A stretch of 64,000 nt of DNA, from the NCBI GenBank assembly GCA_050084985.1, contig JBITNC010000001.1, positions 170,190,001 through 170,254,000 of the forward strand, in the 5' to 3' direction. Within the stretch, counting starts at the first letter, position 1; each line of letters starts with the position of its first letter. The DNA is from Nageia nagi (Eukaryota; Plantae; Pinophyta). This document shows positions 39,198 through 53,593 of the stretch, piece after piece. Both the position numbers and the translations under genes were made by a program. Under the pieces are notes generated by a model. The model searched no databases. It was not told where the DNA came from and saw nothing but the letters and a program-made list of their open reading frames with translations.

Positions 39198-40652
39198 TTT
39201 AAGAGCAAAAATAAGATTTAAAAAAATAAAGGGGCATAAAGCAAAGTATTCCAATGATGCCACACAAGTGAAAGCAAAGAAACACAAAGCCTAGAATCTT
39301 GTTATGCTTTTCTTAGTGGATGCAACAATTAAAAGACACAACCCTAATATGATAATTAAGACATTTTCCATATATGAAAGATAGCAATAGTGTGAAAGAT
39401 ATCAATGGTAATTATGTTATCTAATTACTTCTTATTCAATTAGGGAGATTATCTTCTTAATGAGACCAAATTTTAAGTAACTTTTGTAAATTTCTAACTC
39501 TTATCAGTTTTCCTAAAAATGAATCTAGTCAAGCATTTTCAAGGTAAGGATCAATCTCTAGGGGTGTATATTATATTGCAAGGGTACTCAAGTAATTCTA
39601 TTGACTACTTTCCAAATAGAGGGGGGCTTCCACCTTAGTGATGAAATCCATGTGCCCTAGACACTCCCTAGTCTTGTGTGGAATTTAAGATGCATGTACG
39701 ATAAAGAAATATGAAATGCAACTATATGTGTACAAAATGTAACGAAAACCCTTCTAGTGTTTTCCCTTTTCCTTGTAAAATGAAAAACAATTTCAAAAAT
39801 AAAGGCACTCCCACACAAGAATGATTTTAATTTATCTAATGCAAGTAGCAGAATAAAAATGAAATAGCTTTTCATTTTCTTTCAGTTTTTTATTTCTTTT
39901 TCTTTACTTAGCAAAATAAGAACAAAATAAAATAAGATAATAGTCTTAAAATGCACCCAACACACAAGTCCTAACCTAAATCATATAAAAAGTGGGGTAC
40001 TAGCCTAGGAAACTCTAGCTCCAAGCTCCCAATACACAAAAAGTTTATCTTACAAAGTATGATCCTAACCAGTCTACTAAAAGCTAACTAGCAATACCAA
40101 TAGGTGTGTCACTCAATCAGCCAACCAACCAGTCATAGTGATACCCAAAAAAACTTTAAAAATTTAAACTTAAAAATCTCGAATAATCATTAAGTATATA
40201 ACCTAGTAGTTGAAATGCTAGTAAGGGACTTCTACCACCTAATTACAAGGATAAAGATCTATGACACTTTGCAAGAAAAGATGAATAACTAGGTTAAAAA
40301 ACCTAAAAAACTCTAACCAATGCCACTTGAATTGGATAAAAAGGAGCTGGCAGGGTGAGAATAGATTGATATTTCATATGTTAGAAACCTTAAGTGGTCT
40401 ATTAAGAGCTAATTAATCTCTATTAATCAATCTATAGGAAATTGGCTATCACTCTATTGACTTTTTATTCCAAAATTTTTAGAGATTCATGTGAGATAGG
40501 TCAAGAATGTTTCCTAAAAACATCATCCCAAGATAGTATGTAGAGATATCCCAAAACCTTAGGAGAAGGGGTCAAAGATAATAAACAAACAAATAAGAAA
40601 AAGGGACAAAAAAATCCCCTTTCTAGCTTCAAATATCTTGGACCAATGGAGG

Positions 40653-40669
40653 TCCCACTATGATCACCA
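40653..40669 (-). other. Tat-B PBS, tRNA-Arg type
   Basis: TGGTGATCATAGTGGGA versus TGGCGACCACAGTGGGA; all differences are C>T. Confidence 0.75.
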
Positions 40670-40672
40670 TCT

Positions 40673-41688
40673 TGTAAACCCTATAAGATGGGAGACCCCA
40701 TGCAAGGGGTTCCTCGCCCACTAGGAAGGTCCTACTTTAAAATATGTAGAATACTACTTGAAAATGTGATTAGATTAATAAAGAAATAGATGAAATAGAA
40801 AGAGATAGGGTTTAGAATATTGTCCCTTATCCCTGTGTAATACCCACAATCTCAAATAACCTACCAATAGAATGAAAGGGGAGGCTTCTAAGTCTTAGGT
40901 CCTTGAGACCCTAGAACCATAAAAAGAGAGATAATGAGCTTTTAAGACCCCACCTTGAATCAACAAGGTAATAAAAATAGGAATGATTTCAATAATGCAA
41001 GCTAGTTTAAGATTTAGACTAGATTAACAAGCACAAAATACACTAAATTACACTAGCCTAAATCCACAAGGGAGTAGCCTATAAAAAACTAGTATGCAAC
41101 CATGCAAAAAAATAAATTATAAAATATAAAAAGGATATATGTGGTTAACCTTATTTTTGATGTCTCCTCAAGATATTGCAAAAATACTCAAAGTAATCAT
41201 TAGATCCACAAAATAAAGGCCAAGAATGTGTTACCTAAAGTTTCTTTGTAAGAAGAGGTTAGAATCCACTTTTTTTTTGCTTTGGAAGTGATGGGTATAG
41301 CTCCAAGTGAGAGAATCTTGACCAAAATCTTGAATGGATAGTTCCAAGTGCACATGGATAGCAAGAAGTCATGGGTTTTTCATTGGAAGAGTCAATGGAA
41401 AAACTAGAAGAGAGAGGAAAACCTAATTTTGAATTAAATTATATACAAGTTTTAGCCAATGGGTCGATTAGAATTTTCACCTAATCAATGAGCCAGTCCC
41501 CCTAATCGGTGAGTTGGTTAGGGTCTAAGGTCACAAAGTGGTAACAAAGGTCCTAGTTACAAAAATTGATGATGGGGATAGGATCAAAATAATATGAAGT
41601 GATATTATAATCATAAAGAATTGCAAAATATGTCAAATAATCATGAATCACCTAAGGTAGATGAATGGATAATTTTGAGGTTTCTACA
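40673..41688 (-). repeat. Tat-B 5' LTR
   Basis: Direct repeat of 19750-20761, followed on the minus strand by the PBS. Confidence 0.95.
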
Positions 41689-41693
41689 CAAAG

Positions 41694-44600
41694 ATTAATC
41701 AATGATGGTCAAGTATCTATAGGAGTATCCTAAGCTCATCCTAATAGGGATTTAAGTGTATATCAAAATATTATACCAAGGCATGATACCAATGTGAACC
41801 AAGTAAATACCATGGCTTCCACACTAAGATAAGTAACATATGGTGGTCCCTTACCCATGGAGTTTGTTGGTATGATGGTCATAGAGCTAGTTCATATTGC
41901 TACACATACATGAAGGGGAGGTAAGAGAGCACCTTCACCTAGGGAGATAATATCACAACAACACACACAACCTATTAACATGCAATTACAATCACAACCT
42001 TCTAGACTAATCATTGCAATCAAGAATTTATTGGAACAACAATTAAGGTTAACTCCTACCAAGCTATCCTTATGGGATTTGTTACAACAACCCAAGGCTC
42101 ATAGATATGCCTTAAATGATATATTTAAGACTATTGAGTTATTAAATGATGATCCAAATGATTCTATAGGCTTTTATGCATCAATTCAATATTACATGAG
42201 GCCTTCTATCACTTTCCATATGGATGAATTATATCATTCCCTAGGAGCATCTAAGAAATATCTAGTTATTTATATCATTACATATATAGACACTAAAGGA
42301 GTTAAGAGGATTATGATTGAAGAAGGTTCAACTATCAATATGGTATCTATAGTTTCACTTCAAAACCTTAACAAAACCATGTCATACTTGAGTGCTCCTA
42401 CTTTGGCCATCAGAGATTTCAACAACACTTTTTCTACCACCTTGGGAGTTGTTGTGATCCCCATTAAAGTTGGGATGAGATTGGTTCCTATAGCTTATCA
42501 TGTAGTAATGGGTGAGATGTAATATAATATTCTTTTTATTTGAACTTGAATAAATAATATGGAGGGTATATCATATTTAAAGCATGGTTGATTCAAGTAC
42601 TTGTATGAGAAAAAGACCTTTATATTCTAGTGGATCCTAAACCCTTTAGCCATTGCAACCTTATTCAAGTTTCCAATCCTTTTTCTATGCCATGTTTGTT
42701 ACCCATCACTATCCTTATGAATAATAATACTAATCAATAATCATATAGTTCATAATGTCCCTAATCCTCACATCCTCATTCTAATCAATCTCTTATGTAA
42801 ATACCTTCATCATCATCCCCTTCGTTGGATGTACCTCACCCTACATATCCTAATGGTAAATCACCCATAGGGTCTTTTTCACTACAACCATTAGGTTTGA
42901 GGCCTCAAGTTAAAAAGAGCCAATCCAATCCCACTTAGCTTCAATATTATAATTAGGTTTCCCCACCTTAGAACCTTTTAGTCATCAAACATGACATCTT
43001 GACTTTCCTAAGAGGAATAGTGCCATGCTTCTTCTTTTGATCATGTCATTGAGGATAAGGATGATGATGATGATGATTATTCTAATCCTTAACCTATTTT
43101 TGTGTAATAGTTTAATCTTATTTTGGGGGAATATTGTGATGTATTCTTTAACATCTAATTAGTTAGGGATTTTGGTCAAACTTAGGACACCTTCATCGCT
43201 ATCAGGTATGTGGTTCCTTTAGGCCAAATTCCTAATAAATATTTTTGTATTTATGATGGCATTGATTCTGAATTTGATGTCCCTTTCAAATATCCTTTGA
43301 AATAAAATGTTTATGCTAAAATCAATTACTTCTTATCCTAACTTTGTTTGATGATATTTCAAGCATTATAAATGGAAAGGTTATGGATTAGGCAAGCATG
43401 AGTAAGTTATGATCAATGGCTTTCAAACTACTTTTTAATTAAGCCATGACAAGCAGGGCCTTAGTTTCAAGGGTCCCAAATCCTCTACACTTTATGAGGA
43501 GTTTGCTAATCTTAATATTCATGATCAATATTTTGATGTTAATGAAATTAATCTCTATTTTAGTCCTATTAGTCTTGTCTCATTAGATTTTTCCATTCCT
43601 TTGGATTTATTTGATGATCCTTTCTCTTAAAACATGATTGTATTTGTTAACATGCAACTATCCATGAGGTAGATCCCTTTTATAATCCCCTTAATGGTGA
43701 CTCTTTGATTTCTTCTAATCCTAAATTCATATATCAATTTTTTTCTTGATGGCTAATCATTGCTTACAAGTGAAAATTAGGATTTTAATATTTTCAAATT
43801 GGTTAATATTTGGATCCCTAAAAGGGTGTTCATTCACCCTAAAATTACAAGAAAATATTGATTTTATGTATCTAATCACCAAAACATCAACATATAGTAT
43901 GTATATGGTATGTATCAACGTATATCTTTTATTTTAAAGCCTATATTTTTACCCAAAATTTGAAATTTATTCACCTTATTTTCTCTAAGTTTTTTTGGGA
44001 TTGATCCTTAGAAATAACCCTATCATAGATTTCTCCTTGCCACAATTAGGGTTATGTTCATCGAGCAATGTTTTTTCCCCCTCACTTAATCCTAGGTGAG
44101 GCATTTTTGTCTAGTCTTGTGTTATCTATTTTTGATCCTATTGTAGATGATTTCTCATATCTTCCCATTCTTAAACAACTCAAATAGAGGTACCACATGC
44201 ATGTTGGGGGTTTAGTCAAAGTTTACATTAATGATGATCCTAAAAAATCATAAAATCATTTATATCAATGATGTTTTGATCAAGTTTGACCATGATCTAG
44301 CTAGGTCCATTTTAGTCAAGTATCACAAACTCTTTTCCTTTAGTTATGATGATATGTTGGTCTTAGATCCAAATCTTGATGTACATAACATCATAACATA
44401 TCTTGATGCAAAATTGATCAAGAAAAATCTTACGAAAGTCAATCTAGCCTAATGCCCTATGATCAAGGATGAGCTTCAAAATCTTTTGAATGCTCATTTC
44501 ATAGAACCTACTAATTATATCATGTGGGTTTCCAATATGGTTCCCATCAGTAGGTTTGATGGTTGTATCTACATTCCCATAGATTTTAATTAACTTAACA

Positions 44601-47250
44601 TAGAATATCCTAAGGAATATTTTCCTCTACCCAATATCGATATCTTTGTTGATAATACTATAGGGTATAAGATGTTGTCCCTTATGGATGATTTTTTTGG
44701 ATATAATCAAATTTGGTTTAGTCCCAAAGATCAACATAAAATAACCTTCATTAACCATTGGGATACCTATTGCTATAAGGTCATGTATTTCCATCTTAAG
44801 AATACTAGATCCACCTATCAAAGAGCCATGACCTATATCTTCCATGAAATGATGCACGATATTATGGAAGATTATGTTGATGATGTTTTAAGCAAGTCCA
44901 AAACATTTGAAGAACATTAGGACATTATTCACAAGGTATTTCATTGTCTTCTCCAACATAATATTATGTTGAATCCTAATAAGTGTGTCTTTAGTGTCAC
45001 ATCCAATAAGCTCTTAGGGTTCATCATGTCCAAGATAGGTAGTGAGATTCACCCTAAAAAGGTCAAAGCCATCATGGATTTTCATCCTCCCCACAATGTC
45101 AAATCTTGAGGATTATTTAAGGTAAAATCCATGGCATCCATTGCTTCATAGCTTAGCTTTAGGATAAGTATCATCCTTTCAATGAGCTCTTGGAGAAGGG
45201 CATTGTCTTCAAGTGGAATGAAAAGTGTCAATAATATTTTTATGATATCAAGCAATATCTCACCAATCCTCCTATCTTGATTTCTCCTAGTGTATCCATT
45301 TTTGCCTCTATTTTTTGATTTTTGATTTTTCTTTTGGTATCATGATTACCCAAAAGAATGATCAAAGTAAAGAACAAGCAATATACTAACTTAATTGCAA
45401 CCTTATTGATTAAGAGATTAGATATATCTATATATAGTATCTTTGCCTTACCATTATTTTTGTAGCCAATAAATTACATCATTACATGCTTAATCATATG
45501 ATATAGGTAATTTCTTATGCTAATCCACTCCAATACTGAGTACATGATGAGCAAGGCTTACTATAATTATCAAATATATAAGTGGATCATGTTTTCATTG
45601 GAGTTTGATCATAAGTTTGTTAGTAAGAAATCCATTAATGGCTAGGTCATCATGGATCAATTGGCTAAGGTACCCTTACTAGATAACTCTTCTTTGGATA
45701 TCAATATCCCTAATGAGGATATCCTTAAGATTAATGAAGAAGAGAAATTTATCATCACTCATAAGTACTTTGACATGACTATGTACTTCAATAGATCGAA
45801 GTGTGAGAAAGGGGGTGGTGTGAAAGTTGTCTTCTTCATGCCTTAGGATGTCCCTATCTCTTATTCTTTCATGTTGATTTTTGCTTGCACCAATAATAAT
45901 GCAAAGTACAAAGTCTTGATTCTAGGTCTTAAGATTTCCATCAAGGTTAAGATTGAGAGACTCATGATCTATGGTGATTCTCTCTTGTTCATTAACCAAA
46001 TCCTTAGATTTTATTAGTGTTATAATGAACTCATTAAATATTATAGAGGGAATATTTTCAAAATTCTTAAGTGCTATAAAATCTATAAGATCAAGTTAGC
46101 CCCTAGGTCATCCAATAGGTTCATGGATATGATGGCTTATATAGGATCACTCATTCCACCTAATCCTCATCAATGTTTCCAGCATGTGGAAGTTGTGACT
46201 ATTAAGGAGTCATCACTCAAGTCACCTTCACCTTATCCTCTTGCTAAAGCTAGTATTAGTGAGATTTTAGTCAAGTCTCAAGACTTGTGGTACAAGCAGC
46301 TTCATGAGTATCTCAAGTGGAATGCCCTTATTCCCAATATGTCTCTTAGTGAGGAGTGAGTTTTTAGTCATCAAGCGACTTGGTATGCACTTTTATGGGA
46401 TGTAATATACAAGTGATTCTTTAATAGAGTCCTCCTTTGTTGTCTTGAGCATTACAACCAAAAGATTACCATATCAATTTTCATGATGACATTTATGGTG
46501 GATACCTTAATGGAACTACTATCACTAAATGAATCCTATGTATGGGTTATTATTGGCCTACCATGGAATTTCATTGTAATGAATATATCAAGTGTTAGCA
46601 ACATGCTCATCTTTGGCATATCATATCTTAGCTCCTTTAGTGTATCCAGGCCATGTGGCCTTTTATCTAGCGGGGTTTTGATCTTATCAATCAATTCATT
46701 CTGCCTTCATCTAAAGTTCATAAGTTCATTATAATTTCCATTGAGTACCTTACCAAGTAGGTCTAGGTAGTTCCTCTCATCTCTACTATAGGTCCAAAGA
46801 TCTCATCTTTTATGGGCATATCACACTAGCATTCAAATGCCCATGGGTGTTACTCCCTTCTCTCTCATATACAATTTTGAGGCTATCATGTCTCTTGAGC
46901 TTGAGATCCCCTCCTTCCATGTGTTACTCAAGGACATTATCCTCAATAAAAAGACTCATTAGGCTTAGCTAAATCAGCTTATTTTGCTTGATGAGATATG
47001 CATCAACACAATTGAGAATCATAAGGTTTATCAATAGCATCTAAAGTGAGCATTCAAAGATAAAGTCTATCCTCATGAGTTTCAAGTTGGTGACCTTGTT
47101 CTAAAAGAGAATCAATAGCAATCCCATCTTGAGCATCCTCTTAGGGACAAGTTTTCCCTTAATTGGCTAGGCCCCTACATTGTCTAGCACAAGATTGATT
47201 TGAGCTATCTCAAAAATTTAGAAGGATAGGAAGAGCTTGAATTTATCAAT
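41694..47250 (+). pseudogene. Tat-A gag C-terminus and pol: protease ~42200-42700, G-patch ~43340-43480, RT ~44190-45290, RH, aRH ~45770-46150, integrase ~46280-47250
   Basis: KRIMIEEGSTINMVS; WKGYGLGKHE; MLSLMDDFFGYNQI..EDYVDDVL; aRH MYFNRSKCEKGGG..CTNNNAKYKVLILGL..IYGDSLLFINQI; integrase LWAYHTSIQMPMGVTPFSL and NWLGPY. Confidence 0.93.
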
Positions 47251-49900
47251 ATTATTCATATTCATACTTTCTATTCTTTATCTTTACTTTTTTAATTTAT
47301 GTGTCCATCTTTTCATCTCTTATTTTGCATTTATTTTCTCATATTATCTTGATTTCCTTCATCATTTCATCCATGCTGAATTGGAGGATGATACCTTATG
47401 TGTAGGTATTTATTTTTTGCATGGGCATTTTATTACCTTGTATCATTCTACTTGTTTCATTTTAAATCATATTATCAAGATTCATTACTAGAGCCTATCC
47501 TTCCTTTCATGATTGTGCATTCATACACACTATGGGATTTGATAACAATCACTCATCTCCTAGACATCATGTATCATGTCATTCTTCATTTATGCATTTA
47601 TCACCATATTTTTTCACTTGCATTGATTATATTATTTAGTATCAATCTTGGTATTCATCTAGGGTTAACCATTGGAAATTCTCTCTTGATTCCCTAGTAG
47701 AGAAAGCATAATCTTGAACATGCATGGAAGTCAATCCCTTATATACCTAGATGAGCCAATATATTCTTGTCTATTTATTGTATTTCATTGTATCATTAAC
47801 ATCATTGTATGTCCATTTGTGTCTATTATCATATTGTCCCATATGTGGTTCCTAATGAGGATGTAACCCCTTGGGTCATAGCCACCTTGGGTTTCCTTTA
47901 GTCATTAACTCGAGTTTGATTATAGGTTGTGACTATCATGGTTTTTAAGGGATATCCTTATGTTAAAGATAACCTAGTGACACATTTTGACATCCTTCAA
48001 TGCTCATCTCCCTTTTTTCACTTAGCACTCTTTTATCATTTTCATCATTCAAGTTCCCATGTATTATAATCTTTTTTTCATATTATGGCATTTGGATGCT
48101 TTATTTATCATTGGTCTTCATACCCATTATCTTTATTTTGATCATTTTGACTATTTTAACTATTTTGATGCTTGCTCTAATTCATTACTTAGTCCTATGC
48201 AATGCCTTGATATGTGTGCATGTTTTATGGTAATTTCTTACCTATTTTTAAAACTTAGTCTTTTATGGTATTTTTGTGTCATTTTAAGTCACCCATTCAA
48301 TTTTGTCAAATTTTGAAGTCATTTGCTAGCATCTCAAATTTTAGAGATGCAAGTCCTAAAATTCACCCCTTGTAAAAATTGCCTTTTTGAGTTTTCTTAT
48401 TGAAGTGTGAAATGATGTCCATTTCCAATTATGTATTTTTTTATTCTTCATTGATATAAACATGGTCACCATGTTAAATTTTAGGTTTATAGCTCATCAT
48501 TTGATGCCTTTTAGAAAGACAAATTGAGAGCTACTTGGAATGACACCCTTTCAATGGCCACTAAAGGATGTTACAACTTGATAACTTGCCTTTAGTTTGG
48601 GATTTGTAAATAGGACAAATGAAATCCATTTGATCCTACACTTAGATCAAATTACCTAGAATCATGTTGTCAAATCTGTTTGGAATTTCAGCATGGTAGA
48701 TGGTTGATATCCTTCATCGAAGTTCATATTTTTTTACTTTTTCATTTGTCAAAAATTTGTTTAAATCCTATTCTAGGCTAATTTGTGATGTCATTTCTAT
48801 GTCAATTTGAGTGAGTTTATCTTGTTATCATTACATGACATGTTTGATTGTATTTATGGTACAATCAATTTTCATGCTTATGATGTCTTATGTGGGCTCA
48901 CTTAGTCACACATATTATCTTTTTAAGTGATTTTGTTATGCTTGCATAGTCAATTTAATGTTATTTCATTCATATTGTGTAATCATGACCATTCTTGCTT
49001 GTCAATTGTTATCATTTTCCAATCATCATGATTTATTGTTTGTCTATTCTTTTTCAAATTGTCATTAATTATCAAGGTATCATTATTCATTAATTATCAT
49101 TATTTGTCATTATTTAATTATCAGTGTGTATATAGATTGTTATCTTTTCTCATCTATGTCTTACTTATTATCACTATAATGTAGGTGTTCATTTTACATT
49201 ATCATGTCTATCAATCATATTTTTGTTATTTGCATTAATTTTTATCATGAATATTTGCTTTTAGGTCTTTTTTTGTTCATTTTATGATTAGGAATTATTT
49301 GTTGTTATGTATTCATATGTATATGTGTCCATTATGTGATTATTGCATACATTTTGTGTTCCATACATATAATTCATTGTTACCTCATTTTGTATGTTTT
49401 ATACATGCATACATGCATGTCATTCATTCTTACTTATTACTTATGTGTGTTTTATGCATTCATTCCCATTGTATTTTATACATACATTTGCATTATTTAT
49501 CCATACACCACATTTTACCTATGCATACATGTAACCCTATAACATTATACATTGCACATCATCATTAACACATGTCATAATAAAAGAAAAAGCACATGCA
49601 TACCATCACATCATATACCATACACAAACATATAAACATAATCATACATAAAATAAACATCCATTCACATATAAGCATAATAACATATAAATCCAAAATG
49701 CATAAATCATAACTAAATAACCATAGTGCATATCAATACTATCCATAACCATATCGTAATGTATATCATACATACATGTCCATAAATATCCATAAGTGTC
49801 TCATAGATCCTCAAAAACATGTACATATATGCCAAAATACATGTATTTATTACAAAATCTTATGCACATAGGTGCATATCAAAGTATAATGCCATCAACC

Positions 49901-52669
49901 CTATCTTAGGGGACTCCTAGTCTCCCCCCCATGTGATGGTGGTGGGGGTATCCTGAACAGTAATTAAGGCCACCATTTGTTGAGGCTCAATAGATGGACT
50001 AAGGCCCTATTCCTCCTTGATGTCACTATATGTGATCAAGATCTTCTTTGCGATCTTGATCATCCTCCCTTGGTTGACTCCTTGATCACTAGGTTGATTG
50101 TGGCTAACTAAATATAAAACATTATCACCTATGCTAGCTCTCAGGACTAGTTTTGCATGATTGCATCATATGTAGCCTACAAAAAATATCCCTACATATG
50201 TAACTTGATCCCTCTTTAGGATTTTTATCTATGTCCACACTAAAACCATATGGACCCTTTTCCTCATCTCTAAGGATTCCCTCTCCTTCTAAAGTGTGAC
50301 CTTCACCACGCTCATATGTTGCACCTTTGCATATGCTACTTGTAGTTGTACTTGTAGCCCATCTCTAGCCTAGATAGCCACATCTCTATCTTATATCACA
50401 ATATCCCTCTCCCCTTTTAGAGTGTCTCACTCTACTTCTAGTATGTCATGCTCTTAATGAGTTGCATATGTCTCCAACCAAGCCACATCTCTATCCACCA
50501 TGGTCATGTTACACTCTTGGATCAGCTATGCATCATGTGCCTCTTATCTCTTATCCATGATGTATATCCATTGGTCAAACTCAGGATCCTTGACTCCCCC
50601 TCTAGCCTCTCTAATGCCATGATCCATTGATTATTATCCTATTGGCTCATTGACTACTAGTGGTGATGGTGGTGGTGTTGCCTCATCCCATGTTGGAGGT
50701 ACTTGTAATCTCCCATTTATGTATACTTAATCCTACTATAAAGCCCACCATGTATCATTTTCCACTATCATATCAATATTATCTAGATATAGTACCATAA
50801 TGGCCTCATTAGGTGCATCATATTGAGGATTGTATCTCTTTTGAGGTAGATCCCCCTATACCACCACACATTTATATAGCTATGGCTTAGTAGGCACATC
50901 TTGCTTGATGCAAAACTCATGTATTACTTGCTCATACTAGAACACCTCCACATCCCTCAACCTCTTCCTGTGTACATCATAAGACCTCTTGACATGAGCC
51001 AACTACTCAACATCCTCAATCCAAGCTAATACCTTCTTTAAAACCCTTTAAATGATGTCCTCCACTCATAAGCTGGCCCACATGTTGCAATGCTAGACAT
51101 ACATCCCCTCATAGGATCTCCTGCATAAAGATTCATATACCCTAGCCCATGTCCTGGCATAGGGTAGCTCTCACCTTGCTACAAGTACCTATAGATTTGC
51201 AACCTCTATGTTATGGATCTCATACAATAGGTTATGGGGTTGCACCACCTGCACATGCTCCCACACCTAGATCTATATCAATAATAATGTATTTAGTCCC
51301 ATCCTATCTCTCTCTATTTTCTAATTGTTGATACTTATACTACAGAATCATGAGGGTCTAATCATAAATCATACCTTCCTCCACTATGTCTCTAAATACA
51401 TCCAATAGGTTCAAGGGGAACCTATGACGACTGGTATTTGGGAGAAGGAAGTTTCTTATCATTATCATGACAATCATTGCCTATGGACTCAATAACATAT
51501 CATCTTATATTATGGTGTAATCAAACTCCTTATGGATTATGTTAATTATCTTTCACCTATCCTTGAACATCCTTTGCATTGCCCCTCTCTTGGAGGGGAC
51601 CTCCATGATTATAGCAACCTCAATGGGCACCTAGAATATTTGATATATATTCTCTAATATGATAGTCATTTCCCCTATCAAGAAATGAAAGGTGTTGCAC
51701 TAGATATCCTAATGCTCCACTAGTGTCCATATATATGCTTGATTAATAATGATCACTCATAACTATGCAGCACTAGCTAATCCCATGGCCTCCAACTACA
51801 TCCAATTATCCTCATAGAGGACCTTTTGCACATACTCAAGATCAACCAAAACTTGTGCCAGGTCTTTTCCTGGAACTAATTCAAGTAATTATCATCTTAG
51901 TATTCCTAATCAAAGTCAGTGTGTTCCTACAATGTTAAGTTAATCATTTTTATCTTAAGTTAGTATTTATTTTATGATCTATCTTATGTCTTATTGACTT
52001 GTTTGATTTCTAAGGTTGTCTATGTCATACATTTGTCTATCCATAAAATTTGGTTGTGTTATTTTCAAAATTTTATTACTTTTATCTAGTTTTTCTAACT
52101 AGTCTATAGTAGGTCAATTAGGGTTTTCCAACTATTTCCCTATAGACTAGTTGGGTAGTTAGCTAATTGATTGATTGGTCTTGAGTCCATCCAATTTGGT
52201 TCTAACTGGTGAGGTGCCAATCAATCCCTAAATCAAGACTAGTCTGCACCCCATCGGTTAGTAAAGCTAACAAGGAAAATAAAAACTCACATCTCGAGCT
52301 TAAAAAACTTTAAAAATACATAAATATAAGTATTTTAATAAAAATATAATCTACTAAATAGATTTTAAACATCTCTATGATCATTTTGACTACTATTTTA
52401 TCTGATTGGTTTGGTATTTTGCAAAAAATATGATGCCCTATGTTTGTGTGTATATCCTATAACTATGGTCAAATTAAACTAATTTTAATCATTAATAATG
52501 TAAGCAAAGTTCAATTTCACCACTAAACTTCATGTACACTAACTACCTACACTTTCAAAATTGAAAATTGATGAGTTTTATAGCTATATACTTGCTTATA
52601 TGGGTGATCTTATCCTCCTGTATGTGGGTCACATGGTAGGTCCTATCCATCTCTTGCTATAGCCACCAT
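49901..52669 (-). pseudogene. Antisense two-exon PMD gene of Tat-A: exon 1 52669-52592, intron 52591-51870, exon 2 51869-49901
   Basis: WTLVEH*DI*CNTFHFLIGEMTIILENIYQIF*VPIE. Donor CAA|GTATAT and acceptor TTCCAG|GAA sit at positions homologous to the Tat-B copy. Confidence 0.82.
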
Positions 52670-52939
52670 CTTTCTTATTCCATAAAGATAAATATCTAGC
52701 TCAAGAAAGTGACAAATCCTCCCCTTGGTTAGAGCTCAAATCCCTCAACGATAAGTATGCATATGATAAAATTGAGTTGGCTTTTTTTATTTTTAACCCA
52801 TTGCAATCTTAACTGATCAATCAATTGGTAAACCAATATATCGATCTGTTTAAGTGATTTCTTTAGCTGATCCTATTAACTATCATGTTGATTAGCCTAA
52901 TTGACCTACAATATATTGGTTAGATCTAACTTTTTCATT

Positions 52940-53150
52940 TTTATTACTTTTACCATTTGACTATTAGAATATAGCAGAATCATTAATCATTTTACCCTTC
53001 AATTGTTGGTGCAAAGAAGAATCATTAATCATTTTACCATTCTACTATTGGGGTAACATAGAATCATTGATCATTCTATCCTTCAAATATTGGAACAAAG
53101 AAACATTATTGATCATTCTACCCTTCAACTATTGCACCAAAGTGAAGATC
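52940..53150. repeat. 42-bp tandem array, about 5 copies, in the Tat-A 3' region
   Basis: gaatcatt(a/g)atcattYtacccttcaa unit at about 52977, 53019, 53061 and 53103. Confidence 0.85.
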
Positions 53151-53593
53151 ATTTGCTTCTACTGTTGTTGGTCACTTAATGCAACTACATCCTTTCAACA
53201 TGACTGTGTTGCATCATTGTATAGTATGATTTTTTAGTTTCATTTTATGATCATTTATTTTGAGCACTTTATTGGCATAACTATGTCATTATCATATCTT
53301 ATCTTCTCAAGTATTGATTTGTTATGACATGATAGTATTGGTATTACAAGGTGTTATAGTCATATGTACTCCTCAACATGATTATGTCATTTGTATCATA
53401 GCCTATTGTGTTGAGGTACATATTGGTTATGGAATGATAGTGTTGGAATCACAAGGTGTTATAGACATATGTGCTCTCAGCATGATTATGTTGATCCTAT
53501 CACCATAATACACACCAACATTACATCACATACACTTCACTTATTTTTGTATCGCATATCACATCTCGCAAAAAAGAACACAAAAGGGGTATA

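Larger units (their letters stand above)
19750..41688 (-). mobile_element. Tat-B: Tat-clade element bounded by both LTRs (21.9 kb), inserted antisense into Tat-A gag
   Basis: LTRs at 19750-20761 and 40673-41688 (TG..CA, roughly 85-90% identical by eye). Perfect TSD CAAAG at 19745-19749 and 41689-41693. PBS at 40653-40669 and PPT at 20762-20775. Confidence 0.95.

Noticed and set aside
42305-42345. Protease active site D/E-E-G instead of D-S/T-G as a novelty
   Set aside because: DxG variants such as DEG or DNG are common in Tat-clade proteases, and the D>E change in Tat-A is likely decay.
47237-49568. Hydrophobic ORFs as an env-like or membrane protein
   Set aside because: These are short overlapping ORFs from T-rich low-complexity 3' sequence, with no frame evidently conserved in the Tat-B counterpart (25200-27600).
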